From positions 1-64,000 of the IMG/VR virus record IMGVR_UViG_3300034032_000013: a stretch of 64,000 nucleotides of DNA; one strand, 5' to 3'. A model generated the notes under the pieces. The model did no database searches and was not told where the DNA came from. It saw only the letters and a program-made list of their open reading frames with translations. The position numbers were made by a program, and so were the translations under genes. Of the stretch, positions 19,579 through 31,300 are shown piece after piece. The stretch's first letter is position 1. Every line of letters begins with the position of its first letter. The stretch is from a virus.

Positions 19579-20256
19579 ATGGTGAATGGTAAAAGTGTCT
19601 CAATAGGCACAATAATGTACAGGGTTCTAAGAAACCCACTTTGTTCAGATATGTCTTATGACCAATGTGCTGAATTTGCTTTGGAATATTTAAGATTATT
19701 AGGCTCACCTTTATCATTTTCTGATAAGATAGCTTGTATTACTGTAAAGAATTATAAAGCTGAAGCACCTAAAGATTTAGTTCATTTACGAGGTATTAAA
19801 TTTGGTGGCGTAGCAATGAGATATGCCAGTGATGTATATCATAATGAAGAAGATAATGTTACCAGTGAATTAACTTATACACTTAATAACTGTGTTATTC
19901 AAACTTCATTTAAAGATGGAGAAATTGTGGTATCTTATAAAGCAATTGAAACTGATGAATTTGGTTATCCACTTATTCCAGATAATGAATCATTTAAAAA
20001 AGGTTTAGAATATTTTATTATTCATATGTATATCGAACCTTTATGGGCTATGGGTAAAATTCAGGATAAAGTATTCAGTTATTATGAACAAAAAAGACAT
20101 TTCTACTCAGGTCAAGCAAGCACATCTATGATGGTAGCTAATTTAGACCACTTAGAAACAATGATGAATTCAATTAATAGATTAATTATAGATGTTAATC
20201 CACAGGAAACATTTTATAAAAACTTTGGAAGTAAGGAAAATATAATTCGACACTAA
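19579..20256 (+). CDS. hypothetical tail/neck protein
   Basis: 225 aa ORF, 1 nt before the 1349-aa tail gene. Confidence 0.6.
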   Translation: MVNGKSVSIGTIMYRVLRNPLCSDMSYDQCAEFALEYLRLLGSPLSFSDKIACITVKNYKAEAPKDLVHLRGIKFGGVAMRYASDVYHNEEDNVTSELTYTLNNCVIQTSFKDGEIVVSYKAIETDEFGYPLIPDNESFKKGLEYFIIHMYIEPLWAMGKIQDKVFSYYEQKRHFYSGQASTSMMVANLDHLETMMNSINRLIIDVNPQETFYKNFGSKENIIRH

Positions 20257-20257
20257 T

Positions 20258-23200
20258 ATGAACAAACAAGTAAAACATACTTATGGGGGTATGAATCAAG
20301 ATGTATCCAAATATAAGTTTCCACCTAATATATATTTTGAAGGTAGGAATATTAGGATTGTGGCTACTGATTCACAAAGTACTAGTGCCGTTACTAATGA
20401 AAAAGGTAATACTTTAAAGGTTACTATTCCAATTCCTGTAATTAATCAAACGAATATAACATATAATAATAAAACACTTCCTTATAATACTCCAGAATTG
20501 AATCCTACGATGATTTCTGGCACGCAAACTATTGTTGGACACTCTTTCATCAGAGGCTATATTATCGTGCTTACAACGGACGATAATGGCTTTGATTGTA
20601 TTTGGAAAATTGATGAGAAAACATATGATATTACTTTACTATATGTAAGGAATATGGGTTTTCATACAAATAATCCAATTCAGGTAATTAATAATTATGA
20701 AAATAAGGCTATAGATAAAATATATTGGGTAGACTCTGTTCATCAATTACGTTTTATTAATATATACCATAGTATAGATAATGGTGATTTAGAGGAATTA
20801 ATTGATTTAAGTATTAACTCAATTGAGTCTGTAGGAGAATTTACATTTTCCCAACCACAAATTACAGATATATTATCTGGTGGTATACACACATCAGGAA
20901 TGATTCAGTATGCTTATAATTTATTTAAAGTAAATGGTTCTCAAACTAGGATAAGTCCATTAAGTGAATTAGTACCACTTGATAAAGGTGATGGTAATGG
21001 TGGTGGAGAAGTTAATGAGATAACTGGTACTACACCTGTTATTAAAATTACAAACCTTGACCCATTATATACTAATATTAAATTATATGCTATAAAGTAT
21101 ACATCCTATAATGAACAACCTTCAGTAAGTTTAATATTAGATTCTAGTATTGTAGGACTCACTGAAATTACTCATTATGATGATGGTAGAATAATTAATA
21201 CTATTTCATTAGAAGAATTATTATATTTAGGTTCTGATATTATAATTCCTAAACATATAGCTACTAAACATAATAGAATGTTTTTAGCTAATTATAAAGA
21301 AAAGAACTATAATTTAGATATTGATTGTAGAGCTTACTCATTTCCAGAATTAGATTTTACAACAAGGATATATGACCAAGTTATAAAAGATGAGGAAAAT
21401 GATGTACTAGCAGGTTTAGAGTTAATAACTGTTGATTCAACTTATAATGTACCTAAAAAACATTCTGCAATTAATATTAACTATGAATATAATAAATATC
21501 AATATAATTCATCCATTTATGGCGGAGAAGGTAAATATTTAAAATATAAATTAGTAAGAAATGAAGTAGGAATTAACGATTTTACTGAAGAAGATAGTAA
21601 GAAAAGATTCTTAAAAGATGATGAAATATATAGAATAGGACTGGAATTTTTTAATTCATATGGTCAGGTAACTCTTCCTAAATGGATTGCAGATTTTAAA
21701 GTATATACAGATGTTTTATCTAATCTTAACGGTAATTATGCCAGTATTGAATTAACATTTAAAGGTGAGTTTTATCAATGGTTAAATACAAGTTCTAACT
21801 TTTTAGATGAAAATGGTAATTATGATGAAAATCTAAAACCTGTTGGTTATAAATTACTTCGTGCTCAGAGAGGTCTTTCAGATAGAACAATTCTTTGTCA
21901 AGGTATATTAAATAGTATGCTATCTCAAACTTCAGGTGATAATACAAATTCTGAAGACTATCCTGATAAAATTAATAAAGTTAATCAAGGATTGAAACTT
22001 CCATCAATGATGAGAAGATTTGATACTTTTCTTATGCCTATGTATGGTGTAGAAAATTATCGACGTTTGGATTTACCAAACCAACAACATCCTTATGGTG
22101 GTATTTCGACTAGTTATTCTGGTAATAATCCTATAGAGAATGATGCTGGAGCAGAAGTCTATGCGGCTCACGCTGGTGGTGAAACTGTTGGTACATATCA
22201 ATTTACATCATTAATACAACTATTTTCTCCTGAAATAACTTTTAATACTATTCAACAATTAGGTTCAGTTAAATTAAAAGTATTAGGACTAGTTGATAAT
22301 GAAATTAACTCTGTATGGAATAAGCGTTTACGAACTACAGATTTAGCTATAATTGATGAACATAAAATTGATAATGCAATTAGTATTTGGGATAGTAAAG
22401 TCGAGGATAGTAATTTGAGTATTATAGCAGGTGGAGAAGGTAATTATCAGATTGGAAGATGGGGGTTTTTTGCTCCAGATTCAGAAGCTCATATGCATTT
22501 TAATCAAACCTATAGAAAATATGGTGATAATTTTATAAAAGCTAAAGCTGAATATGATATATATGGTACACCTGTATTAGTGGAATTAGGTCAAGGTAGA
22601 GCTTTATATAATAATGATGCATTACTCGCATATACTAATTCATTAGAACAATTATCTACAGATATTGGTACTGGTGGTAATAATCCAGCACACGCAATTA
22701 CATCTATTAATACTTGGGGAGCTAAGAATATTACTTTAGCTTTAGGTCCAAATGGATTATCACCTGAAAGTAGGATTACATTAGAACAACTTTATCTTAA
22801 CACAGGTATTAATGACCCAGGTTCAGCTATTATTGCAGAAATTGTATTACCTGAAGAAATGATATATTTAAGTAATATATATGGTGGTAATTCATATGAA
22901 GCTAAGAAACGTACTAATTATATTGAAGTTGGTGAATATCAAAATATAAATAATTCAATTTATAATTGTCTTAATATTGGAGATACTTTTATATCTAATT
23001 TTGATTTTACTAAGCTTGTTAAGACTGAAACTGAGTTATATGATTTCCGTGTTCAGCAGGTTACAGAGATAGTATCATTTCCAGTCGAAACAACTATTGA
23101 TTTGAGTAATAGAAATGATTTTAGTTTAACTCCTTGGGATAACAGATTTCAACCTCGATATGATGAGTATCATAAATACAATAGAGTTTACTCTCAAGAA

Positions 23201-24307
23201 TCTAACTTTATTATTAGAAGAGATTTAGACTATAAATTTAAAGTTGTTAAAGATTATGATACTAATATTATAGCTAGTAAAGCTAAGACAGCAGGAGAAG
23301 TAATTGATAGTTGGACTGATTTACAGATTAATAATGTAATTACACTAGATGGTAAATATGGTCCTATTAATGCACTTAATAACTTTAAAGATGAAATATA
23401 TGCACTACAAGACCAAGGTATAGCCTTTTTGTCTATTAATCCTAGAGTTCAAATTCAAGGGTCTGATGGTATAGGTCTTCAACTTGGTACAGGTAATGTA
23501 TTAGATAGTTATAAATATATTACTGATAATTCTGGTACTAAAAATAAATGGTCATTAGTAAACTCACCTGAAGCATTTTATTATTATGATACTCTTAATA
23601 ATTCATTGAATGTATTTAAAGGTGGAGTAGGAGCATTGTCTGATATTAGAGGTCTACATAGTTTCTTACATAATAATATTAATTATGATATTATTAGTAA
23701 AGATAATCCTATTATAGGTCAAGGTATATCTTCTGGTTATGATTATGATAATAATGATGTATTTTATAGTTTCTTACAAAATGATAAAAAGTTTACTATA
23801 TCATTCAATGAAGGAAAATCATCATATATAAGTTTTTATGATTATCATACAAGTAGATATATTAGTAAAGGAGATAACTTAATTATATTAGATAATACTA
23901 ATAAATCATTATATAAACAGTATGATGGTAATTATAATGAGTTCTTTGGTATAACTTATCCAAGTTATATTACATTACTTGTTAATCCTGAAGCTGATTT
24001 AGATACTGTATTTGATAATATTAAATTCAAATCTGAAGTATATAAGAATGGTATTGACCAGGAAAATCTTACTCTTACACACGTTAGATTATATAATGAA
24101 TATCAAGACTCAGGTTTAATATCATTAGTTCTAGGTCGTTCAACAAATCTTCGTCGTAAGTTTAGAGATTGGAATGCAATATTACCTCGTAATAATGGTA
24201 CTAGGGAACGTATAAGAAACCCTTGGGTGTTCTTACAACTATATTTTCAAAATGAAGATAACTTAAAACTTATACTTCACGATACAATCGTAGACTATAC
24301 GATATAA
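20258..24307 (+). CDS. large tail structural protein (tail hub / tubular type)
   Basis: 1349 aa uninterrupted ORF, Asn/Tyr/Ile-rich and beta-looking, followed by a terminator. The label is based on size and position only. Confidence 0.4.
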   Translation: MNKQVKHTYGGMNQDVSKYKFPPNIYFEGRNIRIVATDSQSTSAVTNEKGNTLKVTIPIPVINQTNITYNNKTLPYNTPELNPTMISGTQTIVGHSFIRGYIIVLTTDDNGFDCIWKIDEKTYDITLLYVRNMGFHTNNPIQVINNYENKAIDKIYWVDSVHQLRFINIYHSIDNGDLEELIDLSINSIESVGEFTFSQPQITDILSGGIHTSGMIQYAYNLFKVNGSQTRISPLSELVPLDKGDGNGGGEVNEITGTTPVIKITNLDPLYTNIKLYAIKYTSYNEQPSVSLILDSSIVGLTEITHYDDGRIINTISLEELLYLGSDIIIPKHIATKHNRMFLANYKEKNYNLDIDCRAYSFPELDFTTRIYDQVIKDEENDVLAGLELITVDSTYNVPKKHSAININYEYNKYQYNSSIYGGEGKYLKYKLVRNEVGINDFTEEDSKKRFLKDDEIYRIGLEFFNSYGQVTLPKWIADFKVYTDVLSNLNGNYASIELTFKGEFYQWLNTSSNFLDENGNYDENLKPVGYKLLRAQRGLSDRTILCQGILNSMLSQTSGDNTNSEDYPDKINKVNQGLKLPSMMRRFDTFLMPMYGVENYRRLDLPNQQHPYGGISTSYSGNNPIENDAGAEVYAAHAGGETVGTYQFTSLIQLFSPEITFNTIQQLGSVKLKVLGLVDNEINSVWNKRLRTTDLAIIDEHKIDNAISIWDSKVEDSNLSIIAGGEGNYQIGRWGFFAPDSEAHMHFNQTYRKYGDNFIKAKAEYDIYGTPVLVELGQGRALYNNDALLAYTNSLEQLSTDIGTGGNNPAHAITSINTWGAKNITLALGPNGLSPESRITLEQLYLNTGINDPGSAIIAEIVLPEEMIYLSNIYGGNSYEAKKRTNYIEVGEYQNINNSIYNCLNIGDTFISNFDFTKLVKTETELYDFRVQQVTEIVSFPVETTIDLSNRNDFSLTPWDNRFQPRYDEYHKYNRVYSQESNFIIRRDLDYKFKVVKDYDTNIIASKAKTAGEVIDSWTDLQINNVITLDGKYGPINALNNFKDEIYALQDQGIAFLSINPRVQIQGSDGIGLQLGTGNVLDSYKYITDNSGTKNKWSLVNSPEAFYYYDTLNNSLNVFKGGVGALSDIRGLHSFLHNNINYDIISKDNPIIGQGISSGYDYDNNDVFYSFLQNDKKFTISFNEGKSSYISFYDYHTSRYISKGDNLIILDNTNKSLYKQYDGNYNEFFGITYPSYITLLVNPEADLDTVFDNIKFKSEVYKNGIDQENLTLTHVRLYNEYQDSGLISLVLGRSTNLRRKFRDWNAILPRNNGTRERIRNPWVFLQLYFQNEDNLKLILHDTIVDYTI

Positions 24308-24321
24308 TAGAATACCAAATT

Positions 24322-24370
24322 AGCGGTATAGTTTATACTTATCAAAAGATATAAATTATACCGCTTTTTA
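24322..24370 (+). terminator. hairpin terminator
   Basis: agcggtata ... tataccgct 9-bp stem followed by tttttattt. Confidence 0.6.
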
Positions 24371-24394
24371 TTTGGAATGAATACTTAAATAACT

Positions 24395-24402
24395 TATATT
24401 TG
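24395..24402 (+). promoter_or_regulatory. Bacteroidota-type -7 promoter box (TAtaTTTG) inside a perfect palindrome
   Basis: TAnnTTTG 34 nt upstream of ATG 24437. It is embedded in atatttgtat-aa-atacaaatat (24396-24417). Confidence 0.4.
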
Positions 24403-24436
24403 TATAAATACAAATATGTATTAAAATATATATAAT

Positions 24437-26515
24437 ATGCCAGATAGAAAAAAACCCATTAAAGTTAAGGACAAAAATGACCCTAGATATAAAGCTTATA
24501 AGGATAGTTTAGATACATTTAATTTTACTAAAAATAAAATTAAATCAATTAAAAATAACCCAGATATTTCTGCTCAAGATTTAATAGAACAAACAGCTAA
24601 ATTAAAAGATTTTAAACATAAAGACATTGAATCTTATAAATATCCTGGAAAAACTAATATACAACCTGATTTTTATTATGGAACAGGTGATAAAGGTAAA
24701 CCTTTTATGGCAACTATACCTAGATATAAAGAACCTCAACAACCAATTATCTTAGAAAGTGATAAACCAAGAGAAAAAGTTAATCCTCTTGATTTAAAAT
24801 TTAATCCTATAGGTCTTAAAACAAGCAATACTATACCTGAAACTGACTCAAATGTAACTATATATCAACCAACTGCTAAGAATTTTAAAGTTAGAGATGA
24901 AATTATACAACCTTTTGGTGGTAGTACAACCGATTATATTATAAATGGTCCTGAAGATTTAATGAGAAGTGATTTAGGTCCTGGTAATAAACGTACAATA
25001 ACTCCACAATATGCTATGGGTGGAACATTAAATACAAATAATAAACAAACTATGTTAAACGAATTTAATGAAGGTGGCTCACATGAAACAAATCCATTAG
25101 GTGGTATTCCACAAGGTAATGGTAATACAGTAGAACAAGGTGAAACACGTAAAGGTGATTTCATATATAGTGATAGAATTACTCTGACACCAGATGTAAT
25201 TGAACAATTTGCTTTACCTAAATCACTTACACATAAGACAGTAGCTGAAGCAAGTAAAATAATGAATAACAAATTTGAAGGTAGAAATGATAGAATATCT
25301 GATTCTACTAAACGCAATCTATTAGATAAGGTTGCACAAGCTCAAGAAACTATTAAAGCTAAACAAGCTGCTTTAGCTGAAGCTCAAAATGCTAATGCTA
25401 CTCAAGTTCCTGATATGATGAACGGAATGATTCCTCCAGGATTTGAAGGTCAAATGGTATTCGGTGGAGATATGATGACTGATGATATGGGTATGGATAT
25501 ACTTAAAACTGGAGCTACAGCTGGATTGAATGCTTTACTTCCAGGTTCTGGTGCTATCGCTGGACCCGCAATTGATATGATTGGTGGAGCTATTAATAAA
25601 CATAAAATGCGTCAATCATTCTTAGAAGATGAAAGAATGTCTACTATGAGAGATATTAATATGCAACGTTCTGATTTTGCTAAAGGTGGACCACTTAAAA
25701 AACCAGGTCTAGTAACTGATGATTATACAACTCCATCAATAGATGGTATATCTCTAAAGACTCTACCTTTTAATTTGGATTACAATAACCAAATAATTGG
25801 TCAAGAGGAAAATCCGACCATAGCACCATTAAATCCTGTTAACTATAAAACACCACAATCACCTCTATCAAAAGTTGGTGATGTGTTAGGACAAGCTGCT
25901 AGATATGCTCCAATTGCTGCTAATGTAATGCAGTTAAATCGTATGAAAGGACCTGCTCAGCAACGTCTACAGAGATTAGACCAACGTTTCAATCCTGAAT
26001 ATGTAGATGAGAGAAGTGGTCAAATTATCGCTGATAATGAAATGAATAATACTATTGGTGCAATTACTCAAATGGGAGCTTCTGAAGGAGCTATGAGAAA
26101 TAGTTTGCTTGGAGCTGGTTTAAATAAAGCTAAAGCTTTAAGTGATATTCAAATGAAAGCTGCTGCTCAAAATATGAATACTAATATGCAAGGTCAAGAA
26201 TTTAATGCTAATATTAATAGAGTCAATCTTCATCAAGCTAATACTGAAATGGATATTAATGATAGAAATTCTGCTAATTTTAGAAGTCAAAAATCTAAAC
26301 TAGTAGCTGGTATTGCAGAAGGTATTGGTGATGTTGGTAAAGAAGAAACTTATAAAAAATTAGCTAAGGAAACATTTGGTTATAAATGGAATGGTAAATA
26401 TTATATCAAACCTGATGGAACTACAATTACTCCACAAGAATTTAAACTTGAAGCTGATAGTAAAAATACTACTCAAAATAGATTGGGTGGTTTTCTAAAT
26501 AAAAAATTACGATAA
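24437..26515 (+). CDS. large virion protein (internal/ejected-protein candidate)
   Basis: 692 aa with a Gly/Met/Asn/Gln-rich low-complexity centre (MMNGMIPPGFEGQMVFGGDMMTDDMGMD). First of five consecutive large genes that include the virion RNAP. Confidence 0.4.
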   Translation: MPDRKKPIKVKDKNDPRYKAYKDSLDTFNFTKNKIKSIKNNPDISAQDLIEQTAKLKDFKHKDIESYKYPGKTNIQPDFYYGTGDKGKPFMATIPRYKEPQQPIILESDKPREKVNPLDLKFNPIGLKTSNTIPETDSNVTIYQPTAKNFKVRDEIIQPFGGSTTDYIINGPEDLMRSDLGPGNKRTITPQYAMGGTLNTNNKQTMLNEFNEGGSHETNPLGGIPQGNGNTVEQGETRKGDFIYSDRITLTPDVIEQFALPKSLTHKTVAEASKIMNNKFEGRNDRISDSTKRNLLDKVAQAQETIKAKQAALAEAQNANATQVPDMMNGMIPPGFEGQMVFGGDMMTDDMGMDILKTGATAGLNALLPGSGAIAGPAIDMIGGAINKHKMRQSFLEDERMSTMRDINMQRSDFAKGGPLKKPGLVTDDYTTPSIDGISLKTLPFNLDYNNQIIGQEENPTIAPLNPVNYKTPQSPLSKVGDVLGQAARYAPIAANVMQLNRMKGPAQQRLQRLDQRFNPEYVDERSGQIIADNEMNNTIGAITQMGASEGAMRNSLLGAGLNKAKALSDIQMKAAAQNMNTNMQGQEFNANINRVNLHQANTEMDINDRNSANFRSQKSKLVAGIAEGIGDVGKEETYKKLAKETFGYKWNGKYYIKPDGTTITPQEFKLEADSKNTTQNRLGGFLNKKLR

Positions 26516-28314
26516 TGAATAGATATGATGATGTAACTGTAGCTAAGTTTAACCCCTTATCTATGCAGGAAATAATGATGGTTCCTATGATGAAGCGTAA
26601 ACAACACGATGATTTAGCTGCACAACAGGAAGCATTAAGACAGGGTTTAGCTAAAGTAGACCCTCACGATAAATATTATGAAGAAGCATTACGTATTAAA
26701 AATGGTTTAAACGATAGAATATCATCTCAAGCTGAGTTATTAGCTAAACAAGGTATTAATGGTACAACTCAACAAGATTTTTTAAAACTTAATAGAGAGT
26801 ATCAAGATACTACATCTGCTACGGGTAAACTTGGACAAATAAATGCTCATAAAGTTAACCTTAATAAAACATATGCTGATTATGTAGAACGTTCTATTAA
26901 AGCTGGTAATTCACCTATGATTGCTAAAATGCACGCTGAAAAAGCTTTACAAGAACATATGCAAGAACCATTATATGACGATAGAGGTAGAGTTATCGAT
27001 TATAGCATTAAAGGTGACCCTGCTAAATATATTGATGTAGCTAAACGTGTACAAGATTATGCTACTGCTGCTGGATTTACAAGTTCAGAGTGGGCTAAAG
27101 CAGCTGGAGCTCTATCATATGATAAAGCGGGTAATAGATATGTTATTAATAGAGATGCTTCAGGACTTACTGAAACAAATAGAAATAATCTGAATAAAGT
27201 TTTAGAAACTCTTAATAGAGAAATCTCTGACCCATCTAATGAAGTGCGTCAATCTATTGATTATAACTTTAGAGACCCTCAAAGTGTATTAACAGATGTG
27301 CAAACTCAACTTGGTATCTATACTGAAGATAAAGTTAAAAATACTCAAGGTCAGTCGGTAGGTTCTGTAGATTGGGTTAAACAAGATGATATTGTTGATG
27401 ATTTAGATGCTGTTAATGTTGAAGGTGTTGATGTAAGTCCATCTGATGATTTAATTGATAGACTGAATGGTATATCATCTGTAGATGCTAAACCTATAGA
27501 TATTATTGCTGCCAGAGCGGGAGCTTATAAAGAAAAACCAGGAGATATTAAGATAAAAACAATTAATGATGCAGTAAATTCTCCTGAATATCGTAAGATT
27601 GCATATGGTGTCACTAAAGGTACTAAACTAGAAGGTAAAAAATGGGATTCTCCTGAAGTGAAAGCAGCAGTTATAAAATATCTAAAAGATAATTCAAATG
27701 TAACTGTTCAAAATAGATATGTTGACCCTAATAGTAATAAACAGGGTAGACTATTTGCTAGTCAAGAAATTCCTAAAGATAAAAAAGCTGCAAGTGATTT
27801 AATTTTAGAACGTGCTCAACGTGGTGCATATGAAGTTCGTGATGAAAATGGTGATGTTATTGAAAAAGATGATTTAGGTAAATATAAGTTTACATATAGT
27901 GGAGATATGACACCTAAATCTATTATTAGAAGAAAAGGTAGTAAACAAGGTATATTTGATAATCCTAAACAGAATATTGGAGCTCGTACAGGAGTTTTAA
28001 TTGATGAAGATGGTAAAGCAAAAACTGTTTATATCAGTAGAAGTTCTGATGATTTTGATACACCTCAATTTAAAGCGATGAATGAAATTAATGCAATATC
28101 TAAAATTGCTGACCATAAACCTAGTATTTATCATCGAATAAAATCACAAGTATTTACAGGCTGGGGATTAGAAGATGTTGAAGTAAAGTATAATAAAAAT
28201 AGCGGAACTTATAACCTTAGATATAAAGAAGGTGGTAAACAAATGCCTACATTGGAATATAGTGATGATGAATTTCAATCACTAATATTAGAGGCACATA
28301 AAAAAATGAGATAA
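26515..28314 (+). CDS. large virion protein (internal/ejected-protein candidate)
   Basis: 599 aa, with a TAATG overlap to the previous gene. Confidence 0.4.
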   Translation: MNRYDDVTVAKFNPLSMQEIMMVPMMKRKQHDDLAAQQEALRQGLAKVDPHDKYYEEALRIKNGLNDRISSQAELLAKQGINGTTQQDFLKLNREYQDTTSATGKLGQINAHKVNLNKTYADYVERSIKAGNSPMIAKMHAEKALQEHMQEPLYDDRGRVIDYSIKGDPAKYIDVAKRVQDYATAAGFTSSEWAKAAGALSYDKAGNRYVINRDASGLTETNRNNLNKVLETLNREISDPSNEVRQSIDYNFRDPQSVLTDVQTQLGIYTEDKVKNTQGQSVGSVDWVKQDDIVDDLDAVNVEGVDVSPSDDLIDRLNGISSVDAKPIDIIAARAGAYKEKPGDIKIKTINDAVNSPEYRKIAYGVTKGTKLEGKKWDSPEVKAAVIKYLKDNSNVTVQNRYVDPNSNKQGRLFASQEIPKDKKAASDLILERAQRGAYEVRDENGDVIEKDDLGKYKFTYSGDMTPKSIIRRKGSKQGIFDNPKQNIGARTGVLIDEDGKAKTVYISRSSDDFDTPQFKAMNEINAISKIADHKPSIYHRIKSQVFTGWGLEDVEVKYNKNSGTYNLRYKEGGKQMPTLEYSDDEFQSLILEAHKKMR

Positions 28315-28316
28315 CT

Positions 28317-31300
28317 ATGGAAGAAGAAGAATTACAAGGTTCAAGTCCTACAAATAATACATCTCCAATAAATAATACACCTCCAAAGCAAAGTTTCACT
28401 CAACTTGCTAGAACAGTAGGTACTACACCTAATGAATTCTCTAAATTAGCTAAAGCATATTCTAATAACTTACACTATAATACAGGGTTTGGTAAATCAA
28501 AATATGATGAAGGTTTTAATTTTGATGCACAATTAGATGAAAATGACCCATTAGCTAGTGTAAATGAACATAGAGCTAATAATCAAAGTTGGGCTACAAA
28601 GTCAGCTGCTGGTATTGCTAGAATTGGTGTTAAAGCTGTTAGTGAAATTGCTAAAATGCCAGGATATGTTGGTGGAGCTATTATGGCTATAGATGCTAAA
28701 GAAGGTGAAGGTTTTGAAACTGCATTTAATAATAAATTTATTCAAGCTATTAATGGTTTTAATGAGGAAGTTAATACTGAATTACTTCCTGTATATGTAA
28801 AGAAAGCTGTAAGCGAAGGAAATCTATGGGATAATATTAGTTCTATAGATTTCTGGGCTACAGAAGGAGCTGATGGTATTGGATATATTGCATCAATGTT
28901 TGCACCTGGAGCTGCTATTAAAGCTTTAGGTGTAGGTCATAAAGCAATGGGTATAACTGCTAAAGGTCTATCTATGGTAAATGGTGAAGCTAAATTAAAT
29001 GGAGCTGTTAGAGCTTTAAGTAATTTAGGTATTACTGCTAACAGATTTGATGTTGCTGCTACAGCGATGGCTAATACATTATTTGAGTCAGGTGCTGAAG
29101 CAGGTTCAGCTATGCAAGCATTAGATGAGCAAAAAGATTCTATCATTGCTAAATGGTTATCTGAAGGTATGACTCCTGAACAAGCTGAAGCTCAATTCAC
29201 TGAGCAAAAAGGTTTGTTAGGTCGAGATATATTTACATCAAATATGGGTATATTATTAGTACCTAACCTTATTCAATCTAAAATGATATGGGGTAAAGGT
29301 GCTCCAAAAGCATTAACTGTTGGTGATGCAACTGTTAAAAATACAGCTAAAAATGCAATCGGTAGAATTGCAGGTGCTACTGCATCTGAAGGTTTTATTG
29401 AAGAAGCTGGTCAATCTACAGTTGAACATATGTTTAGTGAAAAAGCTAAAAGAGGTCAATTGAATAAATCAGGTATTACTGATGATTTTAATATAGGAGA
29501 ACTTGCTGATTCATACTTAGATACTATATCTAGTACTGAAGGTCAAAAAGCAATGTTTCTAGGGGCTTTCTTAGGGGGTGGTATGGCAGCATATCACGGT
29601 TATAAAGGTGATAAAGCTGAACGTAACCAAACTAATGAAGTATTAGCTAAATCTAAAGAACAAGTTGATAACTTTAATAAAATTATTGAATCAGATATTT
29701 ATAAAAGAGATGCTGATAATAAAATTATATTTGATGCAAATAATAAACCTGAATTAGATGCTGTTAAAGTTGTTGAAGTTGCAAGAGCTTTAAAAGCTAC
29801 TGAAGAAGATAATGCTAAATTTGAAGAAGCAGCATTAAATGGTGATTATGAAACTGTATCTGAACTTAAAGATAAAGCTATAACTCAACTTATTCGACCT
29901 TATGCAACTCAAGGTGAAATGGGTATTCAAGCTTTAAGACAACATCTTGAAGAAACTTCTAAAGCTGAAGAGATTAAAGGTTTAGTTAAACCTGAAGAAG
30001 TTAAACAAACTATTGATAAAGCAGTAGCTCAAGCTAGTTATATGCAAAAACAATATGAAGCTTATCAGGATTTTAGTAGAGAACTTATTAATATACAACA
30101 TCCTAATGCTAAACCAGAAGATGTTGAAAGTTTCTATAATCATTTAGCTGATACATTTCTAACATTAAAAGGTATTGAGTATCAACAAAAAGGTAAGCTT
30201 ACTGAATTACAAAAACAAAAAGATATTTTATTAGCTGATATTGGTACTGAAATGATACGTACTGATGTAATTATTGATGAGGAATCATTTGATGATGCTT
30301 TCAGATATGAACATATAACTGACCCAAGAGCTAAATTACTTAATGATAAAATTGATAAAGCTAAATCTAATATAAAAGATATTGATAAGTTTATTAATAA
30401 TGATGTTTGGAACTCTGAAAAAGTTAACGAATCTTTTGCAAATATCGTAGAAGAAAGAAATGATATTCGTTCTCAAGAACAAAAGACTGAAGAAATTAAT
30501 ACTGAAATTGAATCTATTCAACAAATAAATGATATAGCTGAACTTGATAAAGTTAAAATAGATAATCCACATATTGCTGAAGTAATAGCTAAACGTAGAG
30601 AAATTTTACTTGAAGTTGAAAGATTAAAAAAAGAAGCTTTAGATGAAGAGAATCGTAAAATAGCTGAAGAAGCTTTAAATACTCCTACTGAAGTAGAAGT
30701 CCCAACTGAAAATGCTGAAGTTAATTCTGACATTAATTTAGATGGTAATCCTGAAGTTAATCCTGAAGAGGACACACCTGTTCAGAATAATGAAAATTTA
30801 ACTGAAAAAGATGTTGATTCGGAAATAAGTAAACTACAACCAGGAGCTAAAGTTATTTCATATAATAGAGTAATAAAAAATGTTTTTAATTTTATAACTG
30901 ACTCTTTTATTGCTTATGAGAGGAATGGTAAAGATAAATCCAATGATAAAGTTGAATTCAGAATTAACAATTTAATTAAGAATATCGAATCTGATAAAAA
31001 GAAAGAACTTCAACAAGTTGAGGATTCTTGGAAGGAAGATGTTGATGATAAAGGTTATCCAAATAGCTCATTACAACCGCTTCTTAAAGTTGTTGAAGAT
31101 AGGTATGCTAAACAACTTTCAAGTTTAAACAAGGATTGGATTAAAGCTGTTGAATTAGTAGATAATAAAGATTTTACAGATATGCAATTTCTTTATGATA
31201 ATTTACCTATTAATGTTCAGATTAATAATGTATATGCTCCTATTGAAACAAAACCTGCATCGGTGTCAGCACAAAAGATATTTGAAGCTGAAACTTTACC

